Below are positions 5,553 through 6,000 of a DNA stretch of 6,000 nucleotides, piece by piece (the stretch's first letter is position 1; each line of letters begins with the position of its first letter). Position numbers and translations under genes: made by a program. The notes beneath the pieces were generated by a model. It saw only the letters and a program-made list of their open reading frames with translations, searched no databases and was not told the origin of the DNA. The stretch covers positions 1 through 6,000 of IMG/VR virus record IMGVR_UViG_2778261058_000017, one strand, 5' to 3'. Source of the DNA: a virus (lineage: Duplodnaviria; Heunggongvirae; Uroviricota; Caudoviricetes).

Positions 5553-6000
5553 GATCCCATTCATTTTCGTCAAAATCATCAAAGTGATGAATTTGTGATC
5601 TCCAGTCTCGATAATCTAAAAATTTCTGGGCGGTTACGCTTATTTTATCAAGTGTGAGTTCATCCTGAATTGAAAGAAGAAGTTCATCAAATTTCATCTC
5701 ATTAATCTGTTTTGGCATCCAGTGATGCTTCATCAGAATAAGGTGAACCAGAGCCTTTTTCCCATTCAACTGATTATAGGGAGTGCCGAATTTCTTCCGG
5801 TGCTCATGTAAGACAAGGTCCAGAAGAGTAAGTAATGTTGCCCTTGATTCCACTTTGCTTATTTCGACTGATGACACTACCCCACTGATTTCAATGCCCC
5901 GATACTTTCCAACATTTTCACAGTGGGATTTGTACAGCGTGTATGTTAGCGCCAGTGATATAAGACGGTAATTCACCATTTGGATTGTCCGCTCCACCCA
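5524..6000 (-). CDS. Hypothetical protein, AT-rich accessory (moron-like) gene; 5' end probably beyond the window
   Basis: Open frame from the window edge to the TAA stop at 5524-5526, at least 158 codons. The GTG at 5997 and the ATG at 5977-5979 are possible but unconvincing starts. Lower GC than the replication genes, by eye. Oriented against the putative early-left transcript. No family recognised. Confidence 0.6.
   Translation of the reverse strand, partial: WVERTIQMVNYRLISLALTYTLYKSHCENVGKYRGIEISGVVSSVEISKVESRATLLTLLDLVLHEHRKKFGTPYNQLNGKKALVHLILMKHHWMPKQINEMKFDELLLSIQDELTLDKISVTAQKFLDYRDWRSQIHHFDDFDENEWDPNLSAQYLK

Noticed and set aside
5783-5971. 62-aa plus-strand ORF inside the minus-strand accessory gene
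   Set aside because: Antisense to the longer, better-supported frame, with no start signals.

Overview
The window reads as the early (immunity and replication) region of a defective lambdoid prophage in an enterobacterial, E. coli-like genome, joined by a deletion to the 3' end of a tail-fibre gene and its tail-fibre assembly gene. On the minus strand, a tightly coupled array runs from a Cro-like gene through a 186-CII-like regulator, a small possibly frameshifted ORF, an O-like replication initiator with internal 15-bp iterons, a PerC-like protein and a chimeric ORF (methyltransferase N-terminal fragment fused to a tail-fibre C-terminal domain) to Tfa. On the plus strand, a CI-like LexA/S24 repressor is transcribed divergently from the Cro-like gene across an operator-rich intergenic region, followed by an intrinsic terminator, a repeated operator-like motif, a hairpin plus rrn-type boxA, and a strongly RBS-ed small ORF. 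That small ORF overlaps convergently with an AT-rich minus-strand gene that runs off the window edge. The two most interesting items are the boxA/hairpin leader element and this convergent gene pair in the immunity-adjacent slot, which is a classic position for prophage defence or exclusion cargo. No tRNA, rRNA, CRISPR array, IS element or integrase was found. All homology statements are from reading the translations and recalled family motifs, not from a database search; gene content recalls the CPS-53/KpLE1-type remnant of E. coli but this is unverified.
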